This document shows, piece after piece, positions 9,391 through 19,354 of a DNA stretch of 64,000 nt. The stretch comes from an uncultured virus (IMG/VR IMGVR_UViG_3300032246_002559) (lineage: Duplodnaviria > Heunggongvirae > Uroviricota > Caudoviricetes). Location of the stretch: the IMG/VR virus record IMGVR_UViG_3300032246_002559; one strand, 5' to 3'. Below the pieces are notes generated by a model, which saw nothing but the letters and a program-made list of their open reading frames with translations, was not told where the DNA came from and did no database searches. The first letter of the stretch is position 1. Each line of letters begins with the position of its first letter. The position numbers were made by a program, and so were the translations under genes.

Positions 9391-11018
9391 TTTACACGAT
9401 GTCGTGCGGGTGTCAATGGCCCATAATCGGTCCCGCCCCCCGCGAGGGCGGGCTACCTCTCCTAGATGTCGATGTTAATCATCTTCCCGATTGCTCATTA
9501 CCATGGGATATGATGTCGCAGGGGATCACCAAAGGCGTTTTCCAACTTGAGAGCAGGCTTGGGTCCCAATGGTCCAAGAGACTTAGGCCCCGCAATAATG
9601 AGCATCTATCAGCTCTTGGGGCGCTACTTCGTCCGGGTTGTCTTATGGCTAAGGACGAACATGGGATATCGATGACTGAACATTACTGCCGACGCGTCAA
9701 CAAAGAGGAATCTGCAGATTCGTTTCACCCAGCACTCGATGAGATTCTTGGGTCGACAGAGCAAATTATGATATATCAAGAGCAAGCGATGCAGATCGGA
9801 GCTAAGATCGCTGGTTTTGATTTGAAGGATGTCGATCGTTTGAGGAAAGCGATAGGTAAGAAGGATCAGCGCGAGATGGGCGAGGTTAAGAAGCTATTTT
9901 TGGAGGGGGCGACTCGACAAGCAGTTGTGCCCGAGCAAATGGCCGCTGAGATTTGGGGTTGGATCGAAAAGTCAGGAAGATACTCGTTCAATCGCAGTCA
10001 TAGTATGTCATACGGAATGACTGGCTACGACACTGCCTATCTAAAGTCTCACTTTCCCGTGCAATTTTACACGTCCTGGCTCTCGTACGCCGAGGATAAA
10101 GTAAAGCCTGACCTGGAGGTCATGGAGCTAGTCGAGGACGCCAGGCGCCAGGGCGTTCTTGTTCTACCTCCTGACGTCCGACAGAAGCAGACAGTGTTCC
10201 ATACGGATGGAGTAAATATTTATTTCGGACTAGGTAACATCAAAGGGCTAGGTGGCGCTGGTTTGGTTAAGATGCTATCTCGGATAAAAGAAGTAGAGGA
10301 ATTGGTTAATAAGCCTTTGTCTCAGTGGTATTGGTTTGATTGGTTATTTCATGTCGGCGCGGCGTCAGTCTCGATAAGTCAGCGTCTTGTAATGGCTGGC
10401 GCGCTTGATTGGTTTGGTTTGAAAAGACAGAGGATGTTGGCCGAATTGGAAGTGGTAGGCTCAATGACTGACAAGGAGCTAGAATATTTGGCTGGTCAAG
10501 CTATCGATCAAGATACTACTTTGTCCGGCGCCATGAAAGCCATGGCAAAGACGAAAAAAGAAGGTGGAGGTTGCGCCAACGCAAAACGTGTCAGCCTAGT
10601 GAGTGGCCAGGCACATTTGCTAGAATCGCCACCAACCCCCTTGAATGATAATCCCGCATGGGTAGCATGGGCTGAGGAGCAGGTGTTTGGTTTCCCCCTA
10701 ACTTGCACTCGTGTTGACGGGTGCGATCTGGCTGATGCCAATACTACGGTCGGTGAATTCCTGGCTGGCAAGACTGGTTTTCTTTTGCTGGGAGTCGAGA
10801 TCCGCTCTGTCAGGATTATTAGAACCAAAAAAGGAACGGAGATGGCGTTCCTTTCTCTCGTAGACTCGTCCGGTGTTCTGGACGATGTTACGTGTTTCTC
10901 TGAGGCGTTAGAGGAGTATAGGCATCTCCTCACTCAGGGGAATACGGTCCTTGTTCAGGGGGGACGCGACAAAAAACGAAAGTCGCTTCTCATCAACAAG
11001 GTGTTTCAATTGACTTGA
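9387..11018 (+). CDS. dnaE: DNA polymerase III alpha subunit, C-terminal part (fingers, HhH, OB fold)
   Basis: TKGVFQLES, ALLRPG, IYQEQAM, LRKAIGKK, YSFNRSHS..Y, GLGNIKGLG, TKKGTEMAFL; GTGA-coupled start at 9387. Confidence 0.95.
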   Translation: MIYTMSCGCQWPIIGPAPREGGLPLLDVDVNHLPDCSLPWDMMSQGITKGVFQLESRLGSQWSKRLRPRNNEHLSALGALLRPGCLMAKDEHGISMTEHYCRRVNKEESADSFHPALDEILGSTEQIMIYQEQAMQIGAKIAGFDLKDVDRLRKAIGKKDQREMGEVKKLFLEGATRQAVVPEQMAAEIWGWIEKSGRYSFNRSHSMSYGMTGYDTAYLKSHFPVQFYTSWLSYAEDKVKPDLEVMELVEDARRQGVLVLPPDVRQKQTVFHTDGVNIYFGLGNIKGLGGAGLVKMLSRIKEVEELVNKPLSQWYWFDWLFHVGAASVSISQRLVMAGALDWFGLKRQRMLAELEVVGSMTDKELEYLAGQAIDQDTTLSGAMKAMAKTKKEGGGCANAKRVSLVSGQAHLLESPPTPLNDNPAWVAWAEEQVFGFPLTCTRVDGCDLADANTTVGEFLAGKTGFLLLGVEIRSVRIIRTKKGTEMAFLSLVDSSGVLDDVTCFSEALEEYRHLLTQGNTVLVQGGRDKKRKSLLINKVFQLT

Positions 11019-11026
11019 GGTGAATT

Positions 11027-11428
11027 GTGAACGAGTGCATCTTCATCGGTAACCTGACTCGCGATCCAGAAGTCCGCACCGTTGGCACAGAGCATCGGGT
11101 GGCAAGATTTACGCTGGCGGTAAACTCAGGCCGCAAAAGTAAGGATGGGGATGAGCAAGTAGCCTACATCGATTGTGAGGTATGGGACAAATCCGCAGAT
11201 GTTATTGCCAAGTATATGACCAAAGGCAGCAAGTTGTGTGTCCAGGCGGCTGCTCGAACTGAAAGCTGGACAGATAAAGCTAGCGGCCAAAAGAGATCTG
11301 CTCTTCGATTCCGCGTTCATAAATTTCACTTTGTGGGAGCCAAGGGTGCCCCCACCCCTGCCGTAGTTGGCGTTGAGGATGAAGACGCTGGATTCCAACC
11401 TGATAACTCTGAGGAAATCCCCTTCTGA
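11027..11428 (+). CDS. ssb: Single-stranded DNA-binding protein
   Basis: MNECIFIGNLTRDPEVR, FTLAVN, acidic C-terminus ending EEIPF. Confidence 0.95.
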   Translation: MNECIFIGNLTRDPEVRTVGTEHRVARFTLAVNSGRKSKDGDEQVAYIDCEVWDKSADVIAKYMTKGSKLCVQAAARTESWTDKASGQKRSALRFRVHKFHFVGAKGAPTPAVVGVEDEDAGFQPDNSEEIPF

Positions 11429-13026
11429 TGTCAAGAATCCTTCTGGTCGGCGAGGCCACTTGGCTTCAAACAGGCTATGCTACCTATATGGCGCAAGTTG
11501 CTCGGCGCCTGGTCTCAGCCGGTCACGAGGTGGCGGAAATCGCTTGTTACGGTGATCCCAACGACACAAGGCGGGCTGGGATTCCCTGGCCCGCCTTTTT
11601 CGTCACCACCCGTGGTGCTGATTATCCTCAGTGTGGACTTTATCCATCTCAGCCTTCCTTTGGCGCCACTGCGTTTGAGGAAGCCGTCCTCGAGTTCAAG
11701 CCTGAGGTAGTTATTTCTGCTCGGGATCCGTGGACGGATGCATTCATTCAGTATTCCCCTTTGCGACCTTTTTTTCGCTGGGTGTTCATGCACCCCGTTG
11801 ACGGTGAACCGCAGGATGAGGAATGGTTGGCTGCTGTATCCCAGGCGGATGTGGTTTTGACCTACTCTGAATACGGCAGAGATGTCTTGTCTCGTTACCA
11901 AAGGATCCGGCTCGGTGGCGTGGCTTCACCCGGAGCTGAGATTGAAGTATTTCATCCTGTAGATCAAGGGCAGGCGAGAGAAATGCTAGGCATCCCCCCT
12001 GATTCCTTAGTGGTCGGGGCCGTCATGAGAAACCAGGGGAGAAAACTTTTCCCTGAACTATTCGAGGCTTTTTCTAGGCTTCTGAAATCTGCTCCGGAAC
12101 ATATTAGTCGTCAACTATATCTTTACTGTCACACCGCTTGGCCTGACGTGGGCTGGGATCTCCCCAAGTATATTTTGCGTAACTCTTGTTCCCATAGATG
12201 TTTATTTACATTCGGATGTCGGTCCTGCGGTGGTGCCTTTGCATCGTTGTGGCAGGAACCTGCCGGATCATGCCTTCATTGTGGTTCGTCTCAGATTGCA
12301 ACCCCGACTGTCTCGATGGGCCTACCTCGGAGCTTGATGGGGGCGGTGTATTCATCCATGGATGTCTGTGTTCAATATTCGGTATGCGAGGGGTTTGGCA
12401 TGCCTCAGGTGGAGTCGGCCTGTTGCGGCACACCGGTCATGTCTGTTGACCATACCGCCATGTCGTCCGTCTGCCGCCAGATCGGCGGAACACCTATTCG
12501 GGTCGAGCGATACTTTACCGAAAACGAGACTGGTCGAGTGCTGGCTCTGCCAGATAATGACGATCTCGTTCGTAAATTGATAGACTTCCTCTCGTTACCC
12601 CCGGCAGCCCGCAAGGCAGCGGGTTTTCGTCAGCGAGCCATGGCACTTAAAGCTTTTGATTATGACGTGGCTGGGGATGTTTGGAAAACGGCAGTGGCCA
12701 GTCTTTCCGCCCCAGAGGCATCTTACGACTCCCCCCGCAGAAATCTCCCCCCCTTGGTCCGTCCTGACGAGACTCTGGGGCACCAGGAGTGGGTGGAACG
12801 CGCCTTTATAAGCGCCCTGGGGATTCCACCGATCAAGGCGGGGTATCTCATTCAGAGGGTAGTGCGAGACCTGAACAGGGGTTATTCGGACAACCTGTTC
12901 GTACCTTCTCAGTTTTGCCCGCCTGGACCGTGTGGTCGAATGTCTGCATTCGATCGAGACAGTGCCTGGCGGATTCTGGAAGCCGAGCGACGCCGGACAG
13001 AGTTTTGGGAGGGTCGGCGAAAATGA
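11428..13026 (+). CDS. GT-B (GT4-like) glycosyltransferase with Zn-ribbon insertion
   Basis: TGYATY, VMRNQGRK, EGFGMPQVES (E-x7-E); CRSC...CLHC insert. Confidence 0.88.
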   Translation: MSRILLVGEATWLQTGYATYMAQVARRLVSAGHEVAEIACYGDPNDTRRAGIPWPAFFVTTRGADYPQCGLYPSQPSFGATAFEEAVLEFKPEVVISARDPWTDAFIQYSPLRPFFRWVFMHPVDGEPQDEEWLAAVSQADVVLTYSEYGRDVLSRYQRIRLGGVASPGAEIEVFHPVDQGQAREMLGIPPDSLVVGAVMRNQGRKLFPELFEAFSRLLKSAPEHISRQLYLYCHTAWPDVGWDLPKYILRNSCSHRCLFTFGCRSCGGAFASLWQEPAGSCLHCGSSQIATPTVSMGLPRSLMGAVYSSMDVCVQYSVCEGFGMPQVESACCGTPVMSVDHTAMSSVCRQIGGTPIRVERYFTENETGRVLALPDNDDLVRKLIDFLSLPPAARKAAGFRQRAMALKAFDYDVAGDVWKTAVASLSAPEASYDSPRRNLPPLVRPDETLGHQEWVERAFISALGIPPIKAGYLIQRVVRDLNRGYSDNLFVPSQFCPPGPCGRMSAFDRDSAWRILEAERRRTEFWEGRRK

Positions 13027-14159
13027 ACATTCTTTATGTCGGCAACTTCCACGACGGTACGGGTTATGCAAGAGCTTGCTGCGAGACAGCAGTGGCACTT
13101 GATGCAGCCGGGGCAAACGTCATTTGTCGCCCAATCACTTTTAATGGCGGCCGCAATCCGTGTCCGGTAAGGATTTCGCAGCTTGAAGACAAGCCGTTGC
13201 CCAATCGGATTGACGTTGTGGTACAACACACCCTCCCCTCAGCCATGGCCTACGATGTCAGGTGCGGGCTAAATGTGGCGAGCTTCTACTACGAAGCCAG
13301 CCATTTCCTGTCGTCGGGCTGGGCACTTCGGCTGAACGAGATGGATCTTATCTTGACTACGCCAGGCATCTCGGCTGAATCTTGCGCGAACAGTTCTGTT
13401 CGGACTCAGGTGGTTCCATTACCCTTGCCGAGCGACCCATCTCGATACTGTTTGTCTTATCGTTCTCCTTCTTGGTTGTCTCCATACCACGAAGAACAAA
13501 AATTTATTTTTTACACGATCTCTGAGAATGTTCGACGCAAGAACCTCGGTGGTTTAATCAAGGCTTTTTTGATTGCATTTCGAGCCACAGACCCCGTTAT
13601 CTTGGTTGTTAAGACTAGCGGCGACGGCAAAAAGGTCTACGCTATGATTCACGAGTTGGCTCAGGGACTCAAGCTCTGTCGGCACGCCGAGATTGTAGTG
13701 GTTACCGAGAGATTGAGCGATGATGATCTTATGGGACTGCACGACAACGCAAATTGCTTTGTCCAGGCGTCGTGCGGGGAAGCGTGGAGTTATCCCGCTT
13801 TCGACGCTATGGCTATGGGAAACACGCCGATTGTGCCCGATACTGAAACCTACCGTTCATATATCTCGGACGAGGCAGGTTATCTGGTCCCGACTTACCT
13901 GGAGCCTTGCTCCGGAGGGGCGGATGAGCCAGCCGATCTGTATAGAGCCGATGAGCTATGGCAGGTTCCTTCCACGAAAGGGCTAGTCGAAGCGATGCAA
14001 AGGGCTTATCAGGAGGACGCCCAGAGTGACGCAAAGGCGTCACTGGGTTTGGACGTGGCGTACCGATTCACCCCCCAAAGAGTCGGAAAGACCCTTCTGG
14101 AGGCTATCACCAATGCGGCGCAAGAAAAATTGGCAAGATTTCATGGGCGATCTTCGTGA
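13023..14159 (+). CDS. GT-B (GT4-like) glycosyltransferase
   Basis: Start ATG 13023 (ATGA overlap); DGTGYARA, RRKNL..LIKAF, GEAWSYPAFDAMAMG. Confidence 0.85.
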   Translation: MNILYVGNFHDGTGYARACCETAVALDAAGANVICRPITFNGGRNPCPVRISQLEDKPLPNRIDVVVQHTLPSAMAYDVRCGLNVASFYYEASHFLSSGWALRLNEMDLILTTPGISAESCANSSVRTQVVPLPLPSDPSRYCLSYRSPSWLSPYHEEQKFIFYTISENVRRKNLGGLIKAFLIAFRATDPVILVVKTSGDGKKVYAMIHELAQGLKLCRHAEIVVVTERLSDDDLMGLHDNANCFVQASCGEAWSYPAFDAMAMGNTPIVPDTETYRSYISDEAGYLVPTYLEPCSGGADEPADLYRADELWQVPSTKGLVEAMQRAYQEDAQSDAKASLGLDVAYRFTPQRVGKTLLEAITNAAQEKLARFHGRSS

Positions 14160-14859
14160 ACGATCAGAGATCCCATGGCAAGAGATAAGGGATGCTGGAG
14201 CTGGTCCTACTCCTGGTGCTGGACATAAAAAACCAGGCAAGAAGATCTTGGCTAAGACACCCAATCAACAGGTGTACTTAAATGCGATGAATGACCACAC
14301 CGTAACTTTGTGTACGGGGCCAGCAGGGTGCGGGAAGACATATATGGCTTGCGGACTAGCTGCAAACTGGCTGTATGATGACAAAATTAAAAAGATTATC
14401 TTGACGAGACCTATTGTTGAATGTGGACAGCGATTAGGCGCACTTCCTGGGACACTAGGAGAAAAAACAGATCCCTATATGGCCCCAATGTTTGACGCTT
14501 TCGGTGATTTTCTCGATCCTAAGTTTATTAAGACTTGCAGACAGAATCAGACTATTGAGGTTGTCCCACTAGAAACAATGCGTGGACGCACGTTTCATGA
14601 TGCAGTTATCATTCTTGACGAAGCGCAGAATGTGACTCGTCGACAGATGAAAATGTTCATGACTCGCTTTGGACAAAATTCCAAAGTTATTGTTTGTGGT
14701 GACGTCACGCAGACGGATCTACCCCACTCAGAAGGTAATCCACTAATGTGGGTTTGTGACAGACTAGGACATCCCGATATTGCTAAAGTTGTACTGGGGC
14801 CAGAGGACGTGCAACGCCACGGACTCATCCGACACATCCTTGAGCGCCTGGGTGATTAA
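14113..14859 (+). CDS. phoH: PhoH-family ATPase
   Basis: KTPNQ..Y, GPAGCGKTY, ILTRP, GALPG, MRGRTF, LDEAQN, GDVTQTDL, QRH. Confidence 0.95.
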   Translation: MRRKKNWQDFMGDLRERSEIPWQEIRDAGAGPTPGAGHKKPGKKILAKTPNQQVYLNAMNDHTVTLCTGPAGCGKTYMACGLAANWLYDDKIKKIILTRPIVECGQRLGALPGTLGEKTDPYMAPMFDAFGDFLDPKFIKTCRQNQTIEVVPLETMRGRTFHDAVIILDEAQNVTRRQMKMFMTRFGQNSKVIVCGDVTQTDLPHSEGNPLMWVCDRLGHPDIAKVVLGPEDVQRHGLIRHILERLGD

Positions 14860-14930
14860 TTCTCCTTGGCCGCCGGTATCCTGGTCGCGCGTAATATCGG
14901 CAGACCACGATTTTCATGACGGGTGACTGC

Positions 14931-15932
14931 ATGGCGGAAGTCCTCAGTATACTCGACGCTTGCGTGCCGAGGACTCGCGTTCCGCGAGTTCTCACCTTTC
15001 CAACACACGAGCGTTATCAATCGACCCTTGATCGGGTCCGTGCCGAGTTTTATCTATGGCAGGGACCAGGTATCAAGTCTTGGGACTTCCGATTTTCGCC
15101 CCTGCCTGCTAATCATGTTCTGTTGCCTTACTCTGACCAAGGACCCGCCCTCCCTCCCGGAGTGAGGCCCGACCTCGTACTCTCTCAGCACGCCATTCAA
15201 TTTCAAGCGGCGATTTCAGCAGCAGAATATTTTAGTGTGCCACTGCTGAGGATAGAACATACTCTCCCTGAAGGTAGTCCCACTAGCTCGCTTGGTGATC
15301 TCAACGTCTATATCACGGAGCACCAGCGACATCTTTGGCGTGGAGCCGATACTGACCCGATTATTCGCAACGCCATCGATACAGATTTTTTCTGTCCGCC
15401 CGTCGCCAGCGTAACCCGTGACCAGATTTGCTTATCTGTGGTCAACGACTGGATCCGACGAGATGCGGTTTGTGGATACAACTATTGGAAATTGGCGACC
15501 GCGGGCCTACCAACCCGAGTGGTCGGGGATACGCCTGGTTTGTCCTCTGCCGCCAAAGATACCAAAGAACTCTTATCTTTCTATCAGTCCAGTCAGATCT
15601 TCCTCTGTACGGCGACTCATTCCACCTCCCCCGTTACAGTACTAGAAGCCATGGCCGCAGGATGCTGCGTCGTCGCGCATCGTATAGCAGCTACCGAAGA
15701 AACAATTACTCATGGCGAGACAGGCTTCCTAGTGGATGACCCCGCCCAAATGACTAAGATGATTCGTAGATTATTGGCTAACCCACAGTACTGTTCTCAA
15801 ATCGGTCTTGCGTCCCGAGAGCGAGTTATACAACAACATAGTAAGAGCCGCTTTGTAAAGGACTGGGATGCGGTGCTAGAGCGATCCCTCTGGATGCCGT
15901 GGTGGAGGAGACTATGGTCAAGATCCGACTGA
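14931..15932 (+). CDS. GT-B (GT4-like) glycosyltransferase
   Basis: NAIDTDFF, VLEAMAAGCCVV, ITHGETGFLVDD. Confidence 0.85.
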   Translation: MAEVLSILDACVPRTRVPRVLTFPTHERYQSTLDRVRAEFYLWQGPGIKSWDFRFSPLPANHVLLPYSDQGPALPPGVRPDLVLSQHAIQFQAAISAAEYFSVPLLRIEHTLPEGSPTSSLGDLNVYITEHQRHLWRGADTDPIIRNAIDTDFFCPPVASVTRDQICLSVVNDWIRRDAVCGYNYWKLATAGLPTRVVGDTPGLSSAAKDTKELLSFYQSSQIFLCTATHSTSPVTVLEAMAAGCCVVAHRIAATEETITHGETGFLVDDPAQMTKMIRRLLANPQYCSQIGLASRERVIQQHSKSRFVKDWDAVLERSLWMPWWRRLWSRSD

Positions 15933-16366
15933 GTGTCGCCGAGCCGGCAATGATGCTGCCGGGCTACGTGGAAGTAGATCCTTCGCGTCCTGCGATGGGA
16001 GTCAGTCTGACTGACCTATCCCGCGTGTCGGAGGAGGGGGAGACCGCTGAGATCTTGGCCCTCGACGTCTTGGATTTTTTTCACCCCGAGCACAGAAATA
16101 TGGTTCTGGCTCACTGGACTTCACGCTTGGGTGATGGTGGATCTATTGTCTTGGGCACGCTCGAAATGGTCGAGATATCTAGACTATTGGTCGTGAACGG
16201 TGATCACGAGTTTTTTCGACAGTCTATATTCGGTCCACCCGGGCGACGACGTGTCAGTGTGGGCACTCTCCCAGAACTTAAAAGTGCCCTGGTCTCACTT
16301 GGCCTGAATATCGTGAAGTCCTACACTCGCAATAATTTTAGTTATGTGGAGGCGAAACGTGGTTGA
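15914..16366 (+). CDS. Class I SAM-methyltransferase-like protein (degenerate motif I)
   Basis: LPGYVEVD..EILALDVLDFF..LAHWTSRLGDGGSIVL matches short phage MTases, but the usual N-terminal LGCG is absent. Confidence 0.5.
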   Translation: MVKIRLSVAEPAMMLPGYVEVDPSRPAMGVSLTDLSRVSEEGETAEILALDVLDFFHPEHRNMVLAHWTSRLGDGGSIVLGTLEMVEISRLLVVNGDHEFFRQSIFGPPGRRRVSVGTLPELKSALVSLGLNIVKSYTRNNFSYVEAKRG

Positions 16367-17147
16367 TGAAGAACTGAGCACATCCTGCAAGGGTTGTTTT
16401 TTTTCGCGGGTTAAGAACGGTAAGCAGACTGGCTGTGAAGCCGGTATGTTCGAGGTTCTCAACGAATCGGGGTCTCTAGCAATGGATGGAGATTATTTCA
16501 AAACTGTAAAGAGATTCTGCCCCTATTACCGCCCAGACAGTTGGGCTGGAGAAATGGGCACCCAGCAGGCGATACGCAAGGTTCATAAAGAAAGGCAACT
16601 CGAAGTGGCTGCTGTCGTCTGCTGCGACAGTCGTAGTGTCGAAGACGTCAAAATTACAATTGACCAACTTGCCAAGCAGACCATGTCAGTGCGACAGGTG
16701 GTATTTGTCACCACTCCCCGCCCCGGAGCGCGCCCTCAGGATATCGTCATGCTCCTAAGGGATAGCCGCCCTACATTCGAGTGGTCCGTGCGTTCGATCG
16801 TAAATGACACCTACACTCAGTTTGATGCCACTCACGAGGGGGCGATGGATGCCAGGGGTGTCTATCTCCTATTCTGTATCGCCGGCCTTTCATTAGGTCA
16901 TACTACCGTTGAGGATCTCGACTATCAGGTCAACTGGCTTCATCACCGGATCGCCCTGGTAGACCCGTCTCACATGCACGGCACTATCGTACAGACCAAA
17001 ATCTATGGCATGGTCGGAGGTTGGTCCGAAGTCGAGTGGGAGAATGGCGACCGAATTTTCAGCGTTGCTGAAAAAATTAAGCGCATCGCTCACGCCCAGA
17101 AATCTGGGGTCGTCATTGTAGAAGGGACTCTCCCACATGAGGCCTGA
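16359..17147 (+). CDS. Hypothetical protein with N-terminal Cys cluster, possible GT-A-like C-terminal part
   Basis: GGAGG SD + GTG 16359; CKGC..C..C; located in the glycosyltransferase cluster. Confidence 0.5.
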   Translation: MVDEELSTSCKGCFFSRVKNGKQTGCEAGMFEVLNESGSLAMDGDYFKTVKRFCPYYRPDSWAGEMGTQQAIRKVHKERQLEVAAVVCCDSRSVEDVKITIDQLAKQTMSVRQVVFVTTPRPGARPQDIVMLLRDSRPTFEWSVRSIVNDTYTQFDATHEGAMDARGVYLLFCIAGLSLGHTTVEDLDYQVNWLHHRIALVDPSHMHGTIVQTKIYGMVGGWSEVEWENGDRIFSVAEKIKRIAHAQKSGVVIVEGTLPHEA

Positions 17148-17886
17148 GCGGGTCGTCGTCATTATTGCCAATCGCAACTACGGGCATTTTATCGAGGGGT
17201 GCCTGTCCAGCGCAGTTGACGAAAAACCTTCCTTGGTTGTGGTGGTCGACGATGGTTCGACAGATGATTCGGCCGACCGGGTCGTATCCATGATGGATCA
17301 TCCTAAGACAGAACAGGCCGGAGAAGTTCCTTACTGCTCGGGCCTAGTCTCAGGGATTCGTGTCAACCTCTTTGCCGCTAACGAGTCGCGGGGTCCTTCC
17401 TCGGCTCGCAACTGGGCAATACGTTTTGCCTGGGACGAGGCTGACTATTTTGCAATACTTGATGCGGATGATCGATTCATTCCGGGACGTATCGACAAGT
17501 GTCTGAATGCCCTGAATAAGTATGGAGAAATAGCCGGGGCGGTTTACAACGATTACTATCACGTACGCGATGGCATTCGCATTCACCACTGCAAGCCGTC
17601 CTACAGCCGGAGGGGTTTGGCTGTAGACAACATGGTTCATTCTGCCGGAATAATCCGTAAGTCTGCCCTGGCCGAAATTGGTCTCTATGACGAAGCATTG
17701 CCTTTGTGTGAGGATTACGAGCTGTGGATGAGGATTGCTCAGAAGCGAGTGATTCTTCATGTTCCTGAACCAATGATGTTGGTCAACGAGGGCGCCTGGC
17801 AGTTATCTCGGAGTCAGCCTGCAGAACACTGGACCAAGTGTCTTAGCGAAGTAAAGAGGCGACATTGTCAAAACTTACTGTCGTAA
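17137..17886 (+). CDS. GT2 family glycosyltransferase
   Basis: IIANRNYG, VVDDGSTD, GPSSARN, LDADD, CEDYELW. Confidence 0.92.
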   Translation: MRPERVVVIIANRNYGHFIEGCLSSAVDEKPSLVVVVDDGSTDDSADRVVSMMDHPKTEQAGEVPYCSGLVSGIRVNLFAANESRGPSSARNWAIRFAWDEADYFAILDADDRFIPGRIDKCLNALNKYGEIAGAVYNDYYHVRDGIRIHHCKPSYSRRGLAVDNMVHSAGIIRKSALAEIGLYDEALPLCEDYELWMRIAQKRVILHVPEPMMLVNEGAWQLSRSQPAEHWTKCLSEVKRRHCQNLLS

Positions 17887-18569
17887 TCTCAGCAGCCGGC
17901 GTAGGCCGGAGGATGAAGACCAAGGGGCCAAAGGCCCTGATCGCTCTTGGCGGAGGCGAAACCGTCATCAGCCGACAGATATTTTTGATTCGCCGATCTT
18001 TTCCGGATTCGGAAATCGTCGTTGTAGTTGGACACTGTGCCGATAAAGTTATTCGGGCATTGCCGTCCGACGTGCGTTACACGCTCAATGAGGATTACGA
18101 AGAAACTAACGTCGCGCGGTCGTTCCTTTTAGGGATCGAGTCGTGTCCGGCCAAGCGAACAATCCTACTGTGCGGCGACCTGGTGTTTGGAACGGACTTT
18201 CTTGGATGTCTGAACCACGAAGGGTCTGTGGTAGCCGTCGACAAACGGAAAGAACAACGTAAAGACGAAGTGGGTGTGAATTTGGACAATGAAGTTGTTG
18301 CGCACTTTACTTATGGAGCCTATCCTCGGTGGGCGCAGGCTGCGGCGTTGGAAGGTCTGGAGCTGGATCTTTTCCGAAAGATCGCCTCTCAAGAACGCTG
18401 CGCAAGATGGTTTGCCTACGAAGTCCTAAACTCCGTCATTGAGAAAAGTGGGCATTTGCTTGCAGTGCATCCTTCCGGAACGAGTCTCGTGGAGATCGAC
18501 CAGATTCAAGACGTGATCCGCGCGCGTAGATTGGCAGGGCGCTCGCGCAAAAAAGAGGTGGCGAAATGA
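17865..18569 (+). CDS. Sugar/choline-phosphate nucleotidyltransferase (LicC/NTP_transf-like)
   Basis: AAGVGRRM..GPKAL, NEDYEETN, CGDLVF, EID. Confidence 0.8.
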   Translation: MSKLTVVISAAGVGRRMKTKGPKALIALGGGETVISRQIFLIRRSFPDSEIVVVVGHCADKVIRALPSDVRYTLNEDYEETNVARSFLLGIESCPAKRTILLCGDLVFGTDFLGCLNHEGSVVAVDKRKEQRKDEVGVNLDNEVVAHFTYGAYPRWAQAAALEGLELDLFRKIASQERCARWFAYEVLNSVIEKSGHLLAVHPSGTSLVEIDQIQDVIRARRLAGRSRKKEVAK

Positions 18570-19354
18570 GGGTGCTGATCCATAACGACATAGGTGTTGC
18601 GTCATGGGCTTATGGATTTGCTCGTCTCGGGCACGACGTAGCCGTATGGTCTCCCGACAAGATGAAGGCCTTCAAAGCCTTTGAGATGCAGTCTCCCGAC
18701 CTCTATGTCGGCCCCTACTCCTCCCTGTCTCCAGCCTTGCTTAGGTCAAAAGGCAAGTGTATCCTTGCGCTCTGGGATGAATTGGACGGCGATGCCGAAG
18801 CACTACCCGGCTCATTTATCTTCTCTGTCGCCGAAGAGCATGGAGACTGCGCTGCTCATGCTCCATGGCCTTATTCTGGAGACGAACCTTCGGGTCAGTA
18901 TTTCCCCCCCTTGGCTTGCGATGTCACCCTTCTCGGAGAACATGACCGGAACTACGATCCATACCTAATGCCTCTGCTGGAACAATCCTACGTCGCTCGC
19001 GCCTATGGCAAGTTACCCTGGGCCACGCCATACTATGCGGGCAACCTTGAGCCATGGGAAGAATTATGTGCTTTGTCGTCATGCAAAGTTCTACCTCTGT
19101 GGGGTAGAGCCATCCAAGATGCGCGCTACATCCTGCGAGCAATTCATAATGGGTGCCTGCCTGTCCTGGCCGGATATTTCAACGGTCCCGTACCACAGAG
19201 CGAAGATGCCGATCATTTTGTTGAAATAATAAATCAACTTGTGGCCGACGAAGACCAAAGAATCAGCTTGCTTGGCAAGCTTCGTTTCTGGGCTGCGACC
19301 CGAGACCCTTTAGAATCCGCTCAATCTCTTGTTAAGGCGTTCCTTGTATGCTAA
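18566..19354 (+). CDS. Divergent GT-B-like (CgeB/YkvP-like) protein
   Basis: N-terminal GFARLGHDV, CDVTLLG, C-terminal helix pattern; context. Confidence 0.45.
   Translation: MRVLIHNDIGVASWAYGFARLGHDVAVWSPDKMKAFKAFEMQSPDLYVGPYSSLSPALLRSKGKCILALWDELDGDAEALPGSFIFSVAEEHGDCAAHAPWPYSGDEPSGQYFPPLACDVTLLGEHDRNYDPYLMPLLEQSYVARAYGKLPWATPYYAGNLEPWEELCALSSCKVLPLWGRAIQDARYILRAIHNGCLPVLAGYFNGPVPQSEDADHFVEIINQLVADEDQRISLLGKLRFWAATRDPLESAQSLVKAFLVC

Noticed and set aside
8400..9520. Split intein or self-splicing intron joining the dnaE halves
   Set aside because: No intein terminal motifs at either junction; the interval is fully occupied by overlapping ORFs with no room for intron structure
12344..12353. 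CGGTGTATTC as another copy of the late motif
   Set aside because: Inside a + strand CDS, matches only the 7-nt core, which is expected several times by chance
12789..13022. N-terminal extensions in the ORF track (also 799-891, 1275-1304, 9360-9386, 14026-14112, 24293-24430)
   Set aside because: They overlap upstream genes extensively; better starts with SD or stop-start coupling lie downstream
14860..14930. Sigma70 promoter or tRNA in the gap after phoH
   Set aside because: TTGGCC and TAATAT are 20 nt apart, too far; no cloverleaf or T-loop consensus
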